Under the pieces are notes generated by a model. It made no database searches and was not told where the DNA came from. It saw nothing but the letters and a program-made list of their open reading frames with translations. From Paecilomyces variotii (lineage: Eukaryota), in assembly GCA_004022145.1 (NCBI GenBank), contig RCNU01000011.1: 64,000 nucleotides of DNA. One strand, given 5' to 3'. This document shows, piece after piece, positions 1 to 12,895 of the stretch; position 1 is the stretch's first letter; every line of letters begins with the position of its first letter. The position numbers and the translations under genes are program-made.

Positions 1-239
1 ACAAACATCGACAAGGTTGTGAAGGTCAACGTCTTCTTGGCGAATATGGACGATTTTGCTGAGATGAACTCGGTCTACACGCAATACTGGGGTGATGTCA
101 AGCCCTGCCGAACGTATGTCGCCATTCTGGCAACACTTAAGACTTTGAAACTTTGTACTGACAGGTTTCTAGATGTGTTGCCGTTAAGACTCTTCCACTC
201 AACACTGATGTGGAGATCGAGTGTGTGGCAGTTCTATAG
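1..239 (+). CDS. RidA/YjgF/YER057c/UK114 family imine deaminase, 3' part (5' end outside window)
   Basis: Exon 1..113, GT-AG intron 114..172, exon 173..239. Spliced product ...VVKVNVFLANMDDFAEMNSVYTQYWGDVKPCRTCVAVKTLPLNTDVEIECVAVL*, the typical RidA C-terminus (P-x-R-T-C-V, VEIE). Confidence 0.92.
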
Positions 240-328
240 AATGGTGGACCAATAAAGGAACAGCTCGCAAATGTAGACGACCTTGCATGGTCTATACGAC
301 ATACAGATAGTGAAAATTGAGAAAATAC

Positions 329-2717
329 TCACGCTTCCTTTTCAATAAGCTTGCCAAGTGTTCCATGAGCTTCCCGTAGTAGTTCCCATCGGCATCCTTC
401 TAGACTGGCCTGGACGGCTCGTATCAGCTCTCGGGTCTGCCATGTCACCTTCCTAATCTCGTCCGAATTATCACGAAGAAGCATAATCATATGGACCAGA
501 TACTCTTCTGCGCTGCATGATGATCGCCTCTTCTGCCATAATCCCCTGTCGTGTACCATAAATCCATACACCCAAAGAACTAGCGTGGCTTGGTACAAAG
601 ACCACGGACGCAAAGGGATGTTATCTGTCCTGGCACGGTATTGTTGTCCTGTAAACATGAGTTCTTGAATGAGTAGCAGGCAGTGATAAATAGCCTTCTT
701 TGACTCCTGCTTCAGGCTCCAGGACAGTAGGCGCCCAATCGCTTGAAACCGTTCGCTGTCCGACAGCAGACTGCCTGATAGTGATGGGGCCCCTGCTAGG
801 ATGTGAATGTCTGCCATATTGGTGAAAATAGCCACGTAAGCCATGTGATACAACGGTTTCGACGCTTCGAGGGCTAAGGACGAGCTCCGGGAGACAAGCG
901 AGAACGACCAAGTGTCCAGTGCTTTCTTTAAAGTATCTTTCCGTGTGTCAATGGGGCCCAGGCGGGCCGAACTCTCCAACGAGTGTTGCCCGACTCCTAG
1001 CGCAGCCAACTCCCTGGCCTTGAGGTGATCTGCTACGCTGAACAATCCATGTAAGAGGATCAGCCGTGCATAAGGGCTGCAGTTGCTATGGATCGGGGTG
1101 CCTCCCAAGAGTCCCTTCAGAACCGGAAGGAAACCAGGTGATTTTGGCGTCTTCTGCATGGCCCGATGCCATTCCTGGGCACTTTTACACTCCCAGAGGC
1201 TATCTGCACAAGGCAATAGCAGCTGCACGTCGTGGACAGATAAGACGCAACTGCGTCCAAACATAAAGCTATGCTGTGCATCCATGACAAAACCAAAGAA
1301 TGCAGTCCTGTACGAAGATTGTGCTTCAATCCACCAATGCCACGATTGTTCCTGGGTGGTAATATCGCCACTACAAGACCGAGTCTGCAATGGCGAGTAT
1401 GTCACTCCTTGCTTCATAAGCTGATAACAGGTCAGTTTTTAAATGAATTGCGATAGGAACAGTTCGTTACCGTGATTAGAGCTCCGTGGAATACATGAGA
1501 AAGTTGATGGTGTTTCCTTGTCGAAAACATCATCTCATGTGTTTGGATTAGGAGCAGCGTCTGAAGACACCAGAGCGATGCAGGGGGTCCAAAATCTCGA
1601 GTCTGGAAGTGACAATCAGCAATACCGAGCTGCAGGGATATGATTATATGATACACACGTTAAAGACCATGTAGCGTAAAGAGTCATGGATATTTATCGA
1701 CGTTCGAAAATGCTCGTCATCATCTGATAAGGTCGAGCCCAAAGTTACAATGGCCGCAATCAGCAAAGGAGGTGCGGTCGCCGGATCCAAGGTAGACGGA
1801 TGTAGTATAGGAAAATGCGGATGATAGTTGAGAAAATAAAGGTCGTAGAAATGACATAGATTTAGTGGGTAGAAAAAAGACGATGTCAGGATATCTGGAG
1901 TCAGAGTGTTCAACGCCACTAGAAGATTTTTTCGTACGGTGATCCATGACGACGATGTTGAAGAGTTAGGTGAGGCTGGTAAGTCAACGTGAGGAGGTTG
2001 TACGGCAAAGGAAGGTGCTGAGATATCCTCTCCGGATATACTGCTTTGCGGTGACAGTGAGACAGAATTCCCGTTGGCAACGGAATTGGAGTCTGCTGAG
2101 GTGTTCTCGAACAGAGACTCAAAATCCACGCATGGAGCATGAATGTTGGTACAAGGATCGTAGAACAACCACCTCACTTGCTCTTCAGGAATAGAGTCTC
2201 CTATATCGTAGTTTGGCTGGCGATCACTGATATGATGGTCATCCTTATCACTAGCTTCATCACCGGCATTGTCGGTATCCCCATAACCTGTGTTGTCGGG
2301 ATCAGATTGAGGATCACTCGGAGTACCCCTCAAGTTCGCATCTTCCACGCTGTCCATTGACATGGACTCTGGTATTTGGCTGGTCTGATGTCTCTGGGGG
2401 TCATCGCACGTTTGTCTCGAGCTATGATAGCCCCCACAATTTCTACACCACATACCCGCCTCATGGCGCTGTTCATGTCTTTTGAAAAGATCTCTTCTGA
2501 CGAATTTCTTTGGGCATGATGAACACTGGAATATCTCAGTAGGCCGGTCTATACACTGCGTCAGTAAAATAATAGCAAAATAATAGCATAGCCGTAAACG
2601 CGTCTCTTTCTCGGCATCCAATTAGCACGTACGATTCAGACGATGTCGGGATAGGTGTGAGGATCGAAGGAACGATTTCCCACAACCAGACTCCGGGCAG
2701 ACATACTCCTTTGGCAT
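329..2717 (-). CDS. C2H2 zinc-finger transcription factor with fungal-specific TF domain
   Basis: ATG at 2717. Exon 2717-2633 encodes MPKEYVCPESGCGKSFLRSSHLSRHRLNH; intron 2632-2549; second finger CSSCPKKFVRRDLFKRHEQRH. Downstream YFLNYHPHFPILH and LPCADSLWE motifs of Fungal_trans. Further introns near 1658-1603 and 1470-1421; stop at 329. Confidence 0.9.
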
Positions 2718-2970
2718 CTAGATCGACTGGGTTTTCGGGGTATGGTATATCTTTGTTTTACGGACGGAACGCGTCGCGAGAGAGGAAGATACTGGATTTG
2801 GTCTAATTTCGGTCTAGGCCCCGGGGTTATGTAAGTAAATCCTTATCGCCGCCGTCAACACTGCTTTAATACCTGCTTACCTACCTAGGTAGGTAACTAC
2901 TGCCTGGATTTCTGGATTTATCATAAACATTTCATCGTATGCACCACATCGCCAGAAACACAATAATTCA

Positions 2971-3780
2971 CTAATTTGGCTCTGTGCAAAGAATCCCGCC
3001 CCCTCCTCTATTAGACTCATCTCCTAAAAACCTTGGCAAGGAGTCGAACTCCTCGCATAGCGCATCTTGGTCATCACATTTACGAGCCGACTCAAAGTCA
3101 ATTAAAACAGCTGTTGATCCAAGAATAAGAAAATTGTGCCGATTTATATCGCCATGCCGAATCCCCAGTTGATGTAGCCGACGCAATGTCTCCTGGCAGG
3201 CCGCAAGATCGTTTGGACCGGCATGCCGTGCATTAGTGATGCGTTCCATCAGGAATCCAATCACTCGGCCATTCTCAGTCAAATGGCCCAAGAATCGTGG
3301 TCCAATGCTATGGCCGTCGATCCATCTGTAAGCAGTGGTCTCGTCCTCGAGATATTGGATCTCCCATTCGAAGCGGGCGAACTTGGCGACGACAATTCCC
3401 TCAAATTGTGGACATTGGACTTCGTAGATACCCGTTCGCAGCTTCGCTCCGACCATGAGGTCGAAGTAATCGACATAGGTTTCGTGCCATTGATGCCTCA
3501 CGCCAGGGAACTGAGTTCGGGTAGCACGCGCAAAATAAGGCTTGCCGTCAGTTGTGTTTCTGGCTATCAGCCCATCGTTCCAGTCTCCCGGAGGAAAATC
3601 TGGAAGAATGGAACCCAGAGACGGTCCGAAACACAAATCCTCCGTGCTGTATAGGCCAGGTTCGACAGTGACATATTTGATACTTTGACCGTCGACCAGA
3701 AGACGCAAGAAGCTCTGGTCATCTTCAGCTGCCTCTGCCTGGAGGAGTTCCACCTTAGGTTTGCTGGCAATCGTTGCCAT
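2971..3780 (-). CDS. Protein-kinase-like fold protein (APH/Kdo/RIO-like; fungal family often mis-annotated 'alpha-galactosidase A precursor')
   Basis: Intronless ORF from ATG 3780 with VAKFARFEWE (beta3 Lys), HGDINRHNFL (catalytic loop) and LIDFE (DFG equivalent). Confidence 0.8.
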   Translation of the reverse strand: MATIASKPKVELLQAEAAEDDQSFLRLLVDGQSIKYVTVEPGLYSTEDLCFGPSLGSILPDFPPGDWNDGLIARNTTDGKPYFARATRTQFPGVRHQWHETYVDYFDLMVGAKLRTGIYEVQCPQFEGIVVAKFARFEWEIQYLEDETTAYRWIDGHSIGPRFLGHLTENGRVIGFLMERITNARHAGPNDLAACQETLRRLHQLGIRHGDINRHNFLILGSTAVLIDFESARKCDDQDALCEEFDSLPRFLGDESNRGGGGILCTEPN

Positions 3781-4415
3781 TCCCGGGACACGAGATTTAT
3801 AACGAGAGAAATGGATTGATGTGATACAGTTGTGTATAACTAGTAAAACGAAAGAGTTAGTCGACCCAGGAACACAAGCGAGCGTGCATTCTATTTTAAT
3901 CATGCTCCAAACTCCAAAGCCTCTAGCTGACAAAGAAAACTTACATTTCTCTAGACGTCAGCGCCTTGTCTGTTGCTGTTCTTGTTTCAGGCTTGGGGGG
4001 TTGGCGCTAAAACAGAACATAATATTGGTGGAACAGCCTTACTCAAGTATTATTGAAGGGTCTCCATCTGGCATCGACAAATAGATTTCCGCTCATCAAA
4101 CAACCCGGGCAGTAAGAATGCCGCAGCTCTTTATTGAATTTCGCTCAGCAGGGTCTAAAAAAGGACCGACTCCGTGATGCAGGAGCTATACTATCGATTG
4201 TTAAAATCATCTTTGGATTGTGTCGCAGAAGGGACCCTGAGTGGCTAAGGGACGCGGGGGCTATTATTGGAGCTTTGTAACCCTCTCCCAAGACCAGTTA
4301 CTGTCTTTCGAACGCTTCATAGTCTTATTGGTGGTTTAGCAGGGGGCATGCGAATATGAAGCAATCGGGATTCATTGGATTGCACACCCTAAACCGTAAA
4401 AACCCTTTATTGCAA

Positions 4416-5419
4416 TTAAGTTACTTTCGTTGCGTGCTTTCCGTCTATAATTTCTCCACACTCTCTAAGATGGCTTTTGAATGTCTCCTCTGTAAACTTC
4501 CTTCGCCAATGAAACGGTCGATTATAGTGGTGGATTTTGCAGGCGACGCAGTGAAACCCCCATTCAGGAGATCTTGTACGAAGATCCAGGAACGGAGCGC
4601 GGGCGATTGCCACAAAACGTTTCGGATTTGACGTACGTCCGTCAAACTCATCTTCAGATCTGGGTCGACGTGGAATTGACTGTCTAGCCCCTGTTGGTTG
4701 TTGTGCTTTTCGAGATTGGTATTGCTCCAGTCGCATCGATATGATCTCTAAGGAGTACTGCTCCATTTTGCTTACAGAGCCGTGTATAGCAAGCCCAGCT
4801 AGTCGCGCTGCGTTATGATCGACCAACGTGAGCCGGTTGCGCAGTTTGATCTGTCGCGGGGAATAGTACCCTGGAACAGTCTTCATAGAAGGTAAACTTG
4901 CCAGATGCTCATGACGAAGACCGAACTTTCGAATCGCGTCTGCTTGCCGCAGAGGAAGGTAGTCAGTATTTTCGGTGAAGCAGAGAAAACAGACGCGCCG
5001 GCAAGTAATCAGATACAGATATCCGCCAAAATCACCGCAGCTGTCGCATTTGGCCGTGCAAAGCTTCTTGTGGAGATCTCGACATGAGATCCACCTGCCG
5101 GTACCGATGCTAAGGATCCCACGAAGTGAGGCTGGCGTATGCGTGGTGATAGCCTTGTACTGAGGAATCGAATCCACTGCCTGCATAGCTCGTTGGTTGA
5201 CGCGTCGAAACCCGGTTAAGGACTCTATATCAAGATGAACGAGTACCATATTGAGTAGTTCCAGAGGAAGCTGTTCCAAGGCACCAAGCGTGTATCTTGA
5301 CGAGGATGATGGTGTCGCCCATTGTCCAGAGGACAAAGATTTCCGATATCATCCAACGTCCGGTCTCTCCGATCAGAATACACACAAGTCAGGTCGTTCA
5401 TACTGTCAGTCATCATCAT
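4416..5419 (-). CDS. F-box domain protein with Cys-rich region; apparent frameshift near 5300-5316 (possible pseudogene)
   Basis: LGALEQLPLELLNMVLVHLDIESLTGFRRVNQRA is an F-box, followed by CDSCGDFGGYLYLITCRRVCFLC. The ATG-bearing N-terminus (5419, ...RTLDDIGNLCPLDNGRH) is in a different frame. Confidence 0.75.
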
Positions 5420-5983
5420 GCACGTCGAATTGTAACGGTCAAGCTTCCACTTCGGATTGTACTGGACTATTGATAAAAGCCTTGAGGATAAATCGTAGAG
5501 ATGCTCTTTCTGCACGTCAACGCGAATGTTGTTGTAGATTCCTAAACTGCTGGAGACCCGGATTCTTTAAAGGGTAGACGTGGAAACTTCGATCTCCAGT
5601 CTCACCTCCATCGCTTAAACTCAGAAACTCGATTCAGCATTGGCAAATGTCGTTCATGTTACTCTGAATATATCATCACATCATGAAAGGGTTAAGACGA
5701 ACGAATATTCTTAAGCGTTTATTCAAAGCCGTTTGTGATGTCCAACTCTCATGGATGACACGTTCAGCCAAGACATCATTTCATTGGGGGCCATTTTTGC
5801 CAGCGCTGCCACTGTCGATCCAACAGACAGAAGCCTGACAATCTGACTCAGACTTCATAATCAATGTTAGTTAGTTGTTACCTACAAAACAAGTCGTACT
5901 CTCTACTAAATTGATATATCTCATAAGTACAGTCGAATCGACACCCCTATCGGGCGCAAACTTTTGCGCTGTCCGTCTCCAAT

Positions 5984-7081
5984 ATGAATTTGCTCGATTT
6001 ACCAAACGAGATCCTCGCATTGTTACCATGTTATATCGATAATATCGAATCGTTTACCAACATGGCGTCTTCGTGTCGTCGACTGCGAGATAATTTCGCG
6101 AAAGCATCTCCAAGGACGATCTTGCAGCTTGCAGCAGGCTCAGCTCCAACGTTCTTCTCTCCGCATCCGCATTTTCTCGTCATGGCCACGGCACGGCAGG
6201 TCAGTGACTGGGCTATAAAGAGCACAGAAAACATACGACTGTTTCGAGAAGTTCTTCAGGGAGGCATCGATAGTCTATATGACTTCTGCATTCATAGTGA
6301 GGAGGTCAAGGCAGGCCTAACCATGGATGATATCCGCCGATTGCATCTTTCCCGCTTCTCCATCATCAACCCGTTCGCTGACCAGATCGATAAGATGGCT
6401 GGTGAGCAGTGGTACAGGGAGCCAGATTTTTGGGATGGTGGAGTTAGTGAGCCTGAGACTCTCAACACGGACTCAAATCGAGCAGCCTTCCAGATTATTA
6501 TCTACGGGGAGTTATTCGGCAGCAGCATGCGCGCATTCTTAGAGCCAGATAAGCAGCTTCCGTATTTTGATCTTGATGCCCGGTTAGACTACTTCAAATA
6601 CTGCGTTCCAGATTGTATGTGCCGGAGCTACGCCGGCATGGAAGTCCTTCCTGTGGGGCCATATGCCGATCGAGAGAAGCTGCAGGAGGAGGACCAAGTC
6701 GCCCTTCAGCACATTCTGACCTGCCGCAGGTGGCGCCGCATGTGGGCGTATGGAATGGAGAAGATTGGAGATCACTTCCTGGGTGACAGTGCGTGGTCCT
6801 ATGAGGACCGCGGTGAAGATGAGCCCTGGAGACAGAAGCTATATCAAAATGCACTCCAAACACAGGGACTGGAAGGGATGCAACTTGTAACCCTTCCATC
6901 GGAGAGGATATCTAAAGATTATCGGGAGAAAGTAATAAAGATACGCCAGCAAATCCAGTCACTGCGCAGGCCTCTACCTTCGCGGAATATTGGTACACGA
7001 CTGCAAGCATCAGTCTCCGAAGCACCGGACCCTGGACAGGAGGCATACGTTTGTATGGCGAGTTATTGGCCGGGGGTCTGA
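5984..7081 (+). CDS. F-box-like domain hypothetical protein (365 aa)
   Basis: Intronless ORF starting MNLLDLPNEILALLPCYIDNIESFTNMASSCRRLR, an F-box-like LxxLPxEIL...S(S)CRRL pattern. Confidence 0.75.
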   Translation: MNLLDLPNEILALLPCYIDNIESFTNMASSCRRLRDNFAKASPRTILQLAAGSAPTFFSPHPHFLVMATARQVSDWAIKSTENIRLFREVLQGGIDSLYDFCIHSEEVKAGLTMDDIRRLHLSRFSIINPFADQIDKMAGEQWYREPDFWDGGVSEPETLNTDSNRAAFQIIIYGELFGSSMRAFLEPDKQLPYFDLDARLDYFKYCVPDCMCRSYAGMEVLPVGPYADREKLQEEDQVALQHILTCRRWRRMWAYGMEKIGDHFLGDSAWSYEDRGEDEPWRQKLYQNALQTQGLEGMQLVTLPSERISKDYREKVIKIRQQIQSLRRPLPSRNIGTRLQASVSEAPDPGQEAYVCMASYWPGV

Positions 7082-8833
7082 TAACGATATGGCGAAATTC
7101 TAGATCACTAAATATCACCAACTCCAAGAGCAGCAGAACGAATTTCGCATATTCACTGTTTGACAGTATTACAGGCGACTCTCATAACTACGCCTTTGAC
7201 GTCTTCTTCCAGCACTCTTATCTTGAAACATTGAACTCCGTTAAGTACCTTTATCGATACTGTATTCACCCAGTGACCTTGTTGATACTCTAGCTCCTCG
7301 GATAAACAGCGGTGCCGTAATTTTTCTTTCGCTGGACCTTCGAAAGCTTCGACGAAGGCTTCCACCAACACGAATATATTGATGTGCCATGGCTTTTATA
7401 AGACCAAGGGATTGCTCACCTAGAAGTGGAACGTGACTTCGAAAAGAAGCTCACATATATCTGCAGGGTGACGTATCTGATCAAGGCTATTGCTCAGCGA
7501 GTCTGGATCATATATAGGCCCGTGTGCTATGATCGGCAATCATTGTGAAACATTGGAACATCGACAATGTCAAAGCGAGCCATATCTCAGAATACGTGGT
7601 CTTATTCTCGGACAGCTGATTCTTTTTCTCTGGTTTTTTCTTCTTTTTCTTCTTCTTTTTTACACAAGGGCAGTTTGAACAGGTTATACTATATTGCCTT
7701 ATCACGTCCACAGCAGCTTCCAACCCTGGCATGCAATAACAGGCCTATCTTGAGTGCACACATCCATCAAATGCTCGGTCGATGCGACTATTGAGGGGCG
7801 CTAAGTTCCCCACTAGTATCCAAACCGTTATTCACCAACGTTCGCTTTTTTGACCCCTGAAAATTTGACCGTCGACGGGATGCTGAACCTCTATGTCCAG
7901 ATTTACCGCAGCATCTGTTTAATTCAACGTGCATCGGATCCCGCGGCAATAAAAGCCAAAAGTGCGCTAACTGTTGTCATCAGAAGTACCATAAACTGGA
8001 CCACGGGCTCCCGTGGATTCCCGCGCTGTTATGCAGCCGTTTTACTCCGCCGCGGCGCCTAGATCTCGGATGATTTCCACCACGATCAGGGGTTCTGTGA
8101 ATGATGATTTGTTCCCAGGATAGCTTAACTTTTAACCTACCACGGAAAGATCCTTCGAATATATGAAGCAGAACCCCGATGAATCTCTCGTTGGCGCATT
8201 ATACGCCGCTGTTTGCGATCTGGATCTCACCTGCATTGAGCGGTGGATCATTAGCGGTGCGAGCTTCGTTCTCTTCATGGCTCCAAATGCTCCATAGGTA
8301 GTAGTCCAAGCACTATTTCGGAGTCCGGCCTGGGCCCAACTCGCCATTATAGTTAAGCATCTGTGATCTTCGGTGTCAATCTCTGACGGTTTCGGGCCTG
8401 TTCCTGATGATCGAATCACTGTGTTAGTCTCCCACAACATTGACTGTCCCTCCCTTTCTCTTGAACTCTCACTCTCTTTTTGGAAAGTGTCAGGTGTTTG
8501 AACAATCCCCTCGTTTATGCATTGCTATTCCAACTGAAGTCACTCCTTCGACCCTGACAATTCGTTCGTTATCTTTTCATTCTACGCTATCCGGACCCTC
8601 CGCCCCTGTCTCTCATTTTTCTAGACCAGTGCGCTTAGTGGGATTAATCTGCTTCATACGACAAGTGGCCATGTCTACAACTTGCTAGATCCCAGCAGCA
8701 AACGGTAGAGTGCCGTAATCTCTGGATATTCTCGAACCAACCGACGCAGACAGGTAATTGCATGCCATAGCGGGCTGGGCCGCATGATACCCTCCTTGAG
8801 TTCGAAAAGATATCGTCTCATCCCCTACGGCAT

Positions 8834-9223
8834 ATGGCCCTACAAGAAAAGGAACCACAAACTACGAACCACATGGGCACCAGTACCCCGGATGCGGGAT
8901 TCTGGCGCCGGTTCTCCATTGCTGTCCACGCGGAAGAAGCAGCTAAGACTCCCACTCCTGATAAAGAGTGGACGTTCTGGACGTATGGACCCCGCGTTGT
9001 TCCTGACATCATAAGTGAAGAGATAGTTACTGATTGGGGAATTACAAAACATAGGGATGACTGGCTCAAATCTCAACGTCGGAAGAAAATACGCGCGCGT
9101 CTCCTCGGCTGGCTGCTGGCGTTCTTCATAATCGGTTTTGGTGTCGGTGCCGGCATCGTGATCTGGTTATTGGCGAAAAACCATTGGGATCCTTATGCGG
9201 CATTCAATATTTCTAACCGGTAG
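8834..9223 (+). CDS. Small fungal membrane protein with C-terminal TM helix
   Basis: FWRRFSIAVH and DWLKSQRRKK segments followed by hydrophobic LLGWLLAFFIIGFGVGAGIVIWLL. Probably contains a short intron ending at catag near 9054. Confidence 0.6.
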   Translation: MALQEKEPQTTNHMGTSTPDAGFWRRFSIAVHAEEAAKTPTPDKEWTFWTYGPRVVPDIISEEIVTDWGITKHRDDWLKSQRRKKIRARLLGWLLAFFIIGFGVGAGIVIWLLAKNHWDPYAAFNISNR

Positions 9224-9883
9224 CCCTGTCGTGGTTATCGATGCGTTTTTATCATTCAATCTGCCGGATAGAGGAAAACGCATGTCAATTCACCGACGGA
9301 AGTCTTGAAGGGATCATATTGTCCGTTGATCTACGGACAGGAATATAGGCTTGCCAACGGCCCTTGGGGAATGATATCAATAGGATCCTCGCACCATCGG
9401 TCAGCCGCGCGTGACCAAATGCATATACAATCCGGCGTTCGGGACGGAGTACCACGGAGACAAATAGATTTGACTTAGATACCCGGCATGTCTGGTTCAC
9501 ATGTGGTCCATTTTCATCCATTTCAAATGGATCAAGTTCGGGCTGCAAACTATAGACTAATCCAGATGTCATATCAGCATTGTTTTTCCTCTTTCAAGCA
9601 CCTTGTCATATTCAGTGGGATATCACTCAGAACTAGAATAGACGGATAGATAGGTACTGTACATAATATCAATGTGAGACATTTATCTCGTATTGGGACA
9701 AACTTGGAAATATGAAGTGTATATGAAATACCCCAGACCAGAACGCCTTGCTCCAATCGAAACTTTTGTTCCATGGTTTCTTCTCACCCACCGCTTCATT
9801 ACAACACTGAGACGCAGAACCGACGCATAATCACCAGAGGCCCAGGATCACGATAGCTGTATCTTCTGCATGTTTTCCCCAGT

Positions 9884-10574
9884 CTAATATCTCTTCCGCG
9901 TCGGCTCCGGACTCGGACTTCGGCTGACACTCCGCTCGTCGCGTCCTCTCATCTTCAACCACTTCTTCGTCGACAGCTGCAACTCCCTATCCAACTCGGG
10001 ACTCGGCTCCTTGCGATGGATGAAATTGCAGAATCCACCACGCACGCACCCTTCGCCGGAATTCAACCGACAACACGCTTCTCGAAAATCTGTCACGGGC
10101 GATAACTCGCAATATACAGGCCGTGCCGCGTACCATCTGGAGTTGAGAGCATCGCAGGCCGCCTGTGCCGAATCTTCATATTTGAATCTCGCGTAGACGT
10201 TTCCGATGAGATCTGATAAGCAGAAACGTACTTGTTAGCCACCGATCAAGTCGAAAATGGGGAATATACTCACGATCGTTATTATTATCACACACTACCA
10301 GCTCCTCCAACTCGCCATACTTGCACATCTCGCACCAGATATCCTCGTAGAACGCGTCGAAGTGGTTCTGGAGCTGCGACGGGTTCATCTTGTTCTTGGG
10401 ATCATAGGCTGGGTTCTGGTATAGGTTCGGCAGGAGGATTGTCTGCGAGTATGATGGCTTGACGTGTTTGCGCGAGCAGCGATCACCGTGGCGACACGCG
10501 CCGATTTTGTAGTAGAAGGAGCAGTTGACTTTGTCTTGCTCCGTTCCGAAAATGGAGGCGAGATAGTTGGCCAT
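9884..10574 (-). CDS. U2AF1: Splicing factor U2AF small (23/35 kDa) subunit
   Basis: [37 protein letters not shown] (CCCH1), UHM/RRM, then [20 protein letters not shown] (CCCH2) and RS tail. One intron 10273-10213. Confidence 0.97.
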
Positions 10575-11602
10575 TTTGGAGATGAGTTTATGTGATTGAT
10601 TTTTGTTTTTTTCGCGCTGCAAAAGATGGTTTGAATGCTCGATAGAGAGCTTGGCAGTCACGATGGAGGTTGATTGCTTGACGATATGTCAATGCAAGCT
10701 CCGAAGGCGAAGTTTGGGATGTTCATAATCGCATTGTGGCGAGTGGCTGACTCAGCTTCTTCTTTTTGACTAGCTCCCTGTGGCGCAGGCGTTTCTGGGG
10801 CTTTCCAGAATAAGCGACGGTGATTCGCTGACGGTCGGGGATCTATGACAAGTCATCCCAACATCAAAAGAGAATCATTGTTGATTGGAGAAAAAGAGAG
10901 CAGCAGGGAAGAAAGACTAAGAGTATTGCATATTTCTCTATGAATTATCGCCGAGCGCTAGCGAGGCGATAAAGTAGGGTACTTCTTTTAACTCTCCTAG
11001 TAGGCATCCCATATGAACACTGTACAGAGCCAAGCACAATTGACCTGTGGTGAAGTTATTTATGTTTATCTTCATCTAAACTCGGATAACTCTACTGATA
11101 TGCTGGAGTGTAGTACCAGTCTGACAACTCTTCTAATGTTGCTGTGTCCTTCACTTGAAAGTTCTACCAAGAGAGCGGAGCATTTCCAGTGAATGATTGC
11201 TCGTATTTCTCACCTAGCTCAATCAGCTGACACGCTTATTTTACACTGCTTCAGTGTAGCTGCCATTGGTATTCTCACTTGTGGAAAGAATTGAGAGGAT
11301 GGAAGGATTTACGGGGTTCTCCCAGTCCTTTTGCTTAGTGTGCCCCGTCCATAGGGATAAATAGCTTGAGATTGCTAGAGAATGTAAGAATCAGACAGCC
11401 TCAGCCTGGCAAGAAAGCATAATACCAATATGCACCTGCGGTACTGGAAACTTGATCATAGATTGACTATGGTATTTGTAACCACCTAAATTAGGAGAAA
11501 GGAAAATCAATGTCACTTAATAGAGTGATGTAGCTACTGAAGAAAGTGGCAATAAAATATCAAACATGTTCTAGGAAATCTTCCCGAACTTTCCTAGTAG
11601 AC

Positions 11603-12895
11603 TTAAATGGCAACCATACCCTGTGAATTCTTCCCCGCACCCAAAGCACCAAGTCCAAAGGTCTGTATTATCTTGGCTTTTCCCTGTCCTCCGGATACGT
11701 CCATGACGACTACGTTTGCTTCTGATGTGCCATTTCCCGGCGAGAGAGCGTAGACGAAATTGCCAGCTGCCGCAAGGTCAATGAACCCTGGTCCAGCATT
11801 GACGCTTGATGTGTCGTATTCTTTGATAATCCTGGCATTATCGAGACTCATCTCGACAATGTGGTTAACTTGAACATCTGTCACGAAGGCACTCTTGGAT
11901 GATTGAGAGATAGTGGTCCAGCAGGTAGCTTTCTGACCGCCAATGGCTTGTTTAGACTTCAAAGATAGCTGACCAGCTTTTTGATCGAGAGAAAGGATCG
12001 TGCCACCAAAAGAGGCATCCGTCACGAAGAAGTTCTCGGTGCCGGGTATCGGCTCGGTTCCGAAGAGCACTGCTGTCCCTGATGGCGAACTGAGAGTACC
12101 ATCCATGGATATGCTGGCTGGACGACGGAAAGATGCCTGGTTCACAGGAAACGTCGCAACAAAGCCGGTATTGTTGACTGTGGGGTCCCCTTTAACCATC
12201 GTCAAGAGAGTCGATTCATCATTCGAAAACAGAACCTGGGAGACAGTATTCGTTGGCCCAACAGGAGGCGTACTTTGTCCAATGTTGAATTCACGCAGAC
12301 TATCCATCTTACCCAGTCCCTTCTGAGAGAATGACGAACAAGACACTCCGGCTTTGGCTCCGGTGCTTCCAACACAGACTATTTTATTTTTCATCGAGGC
12401 GGCAAGGGTGTTGGGGAATTCACCCGGTACGCTGGCGGGTTCGCCCACCATTGTCAACTTTGTGGGATCCTGCGCATCGATGGACAGCATGCTGAGAGTA
12501 TTCGAACCGGCATTAACAGCGAAGAGGTACTGTGAATATAGATAGTTGATTAGCTGGGAGAATCAAGTATATGATAAGGTAAATTAGGTATTGAGAAGAC
12601 CTACCTGTCCGGCAACGCTCACTGCGCTTTGACTGACGAGGGCGTCCGGAGCAGCAGGTTGGTTTGTAGTGCCGTCGATAGAATTGGCTCCTTTCCCACA
12701 TGTTTCGGTCACAGTGCCACCTGAGAGAGTACCATCATCGCCAATCGGTACCGCAGCGACAGCATTGTTGCCATCATTGGTGATGAAGTATATTGCCTTG
12801 CTGGTCGAGCATGTCCTCTCTGAAAGCGGGATCGCCCGTATAGACATGGGCCATAGAAGGGCCAGCAAAATGAGTTTGGAAATGAATTGAGGCAT
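11603..12895 (-). CDS. Secreted beta-propeller protein (3-carboxymuconate cyclase/lactonase-like)
   Basis: Signal peptide MPQFISKLILLALLWPMSIRA, then KAIYFITND..DALVSQSAV. Intron 12604-12530; exon 2 has YLFAVNAGSNTLSM, GEFPNT, QKATCW and ends SQGMVAI*. Confidence 0.8.

Noticed and set aside
1-239. RidA as a partner of the imine-forming fructosyl-amine oxidase
   Set aside because: About 39 kb away with housekeeping genes in between; no linkage evidence.
7100-8700. Short ORFs including a poly-Lys ORF (7508-7732, -) and a 72-aa ORF (7153-7371, -)
   Set aside because: The poly-Lys comes from a T/C-rich tract; no recognisable domain or coherent exon chain.
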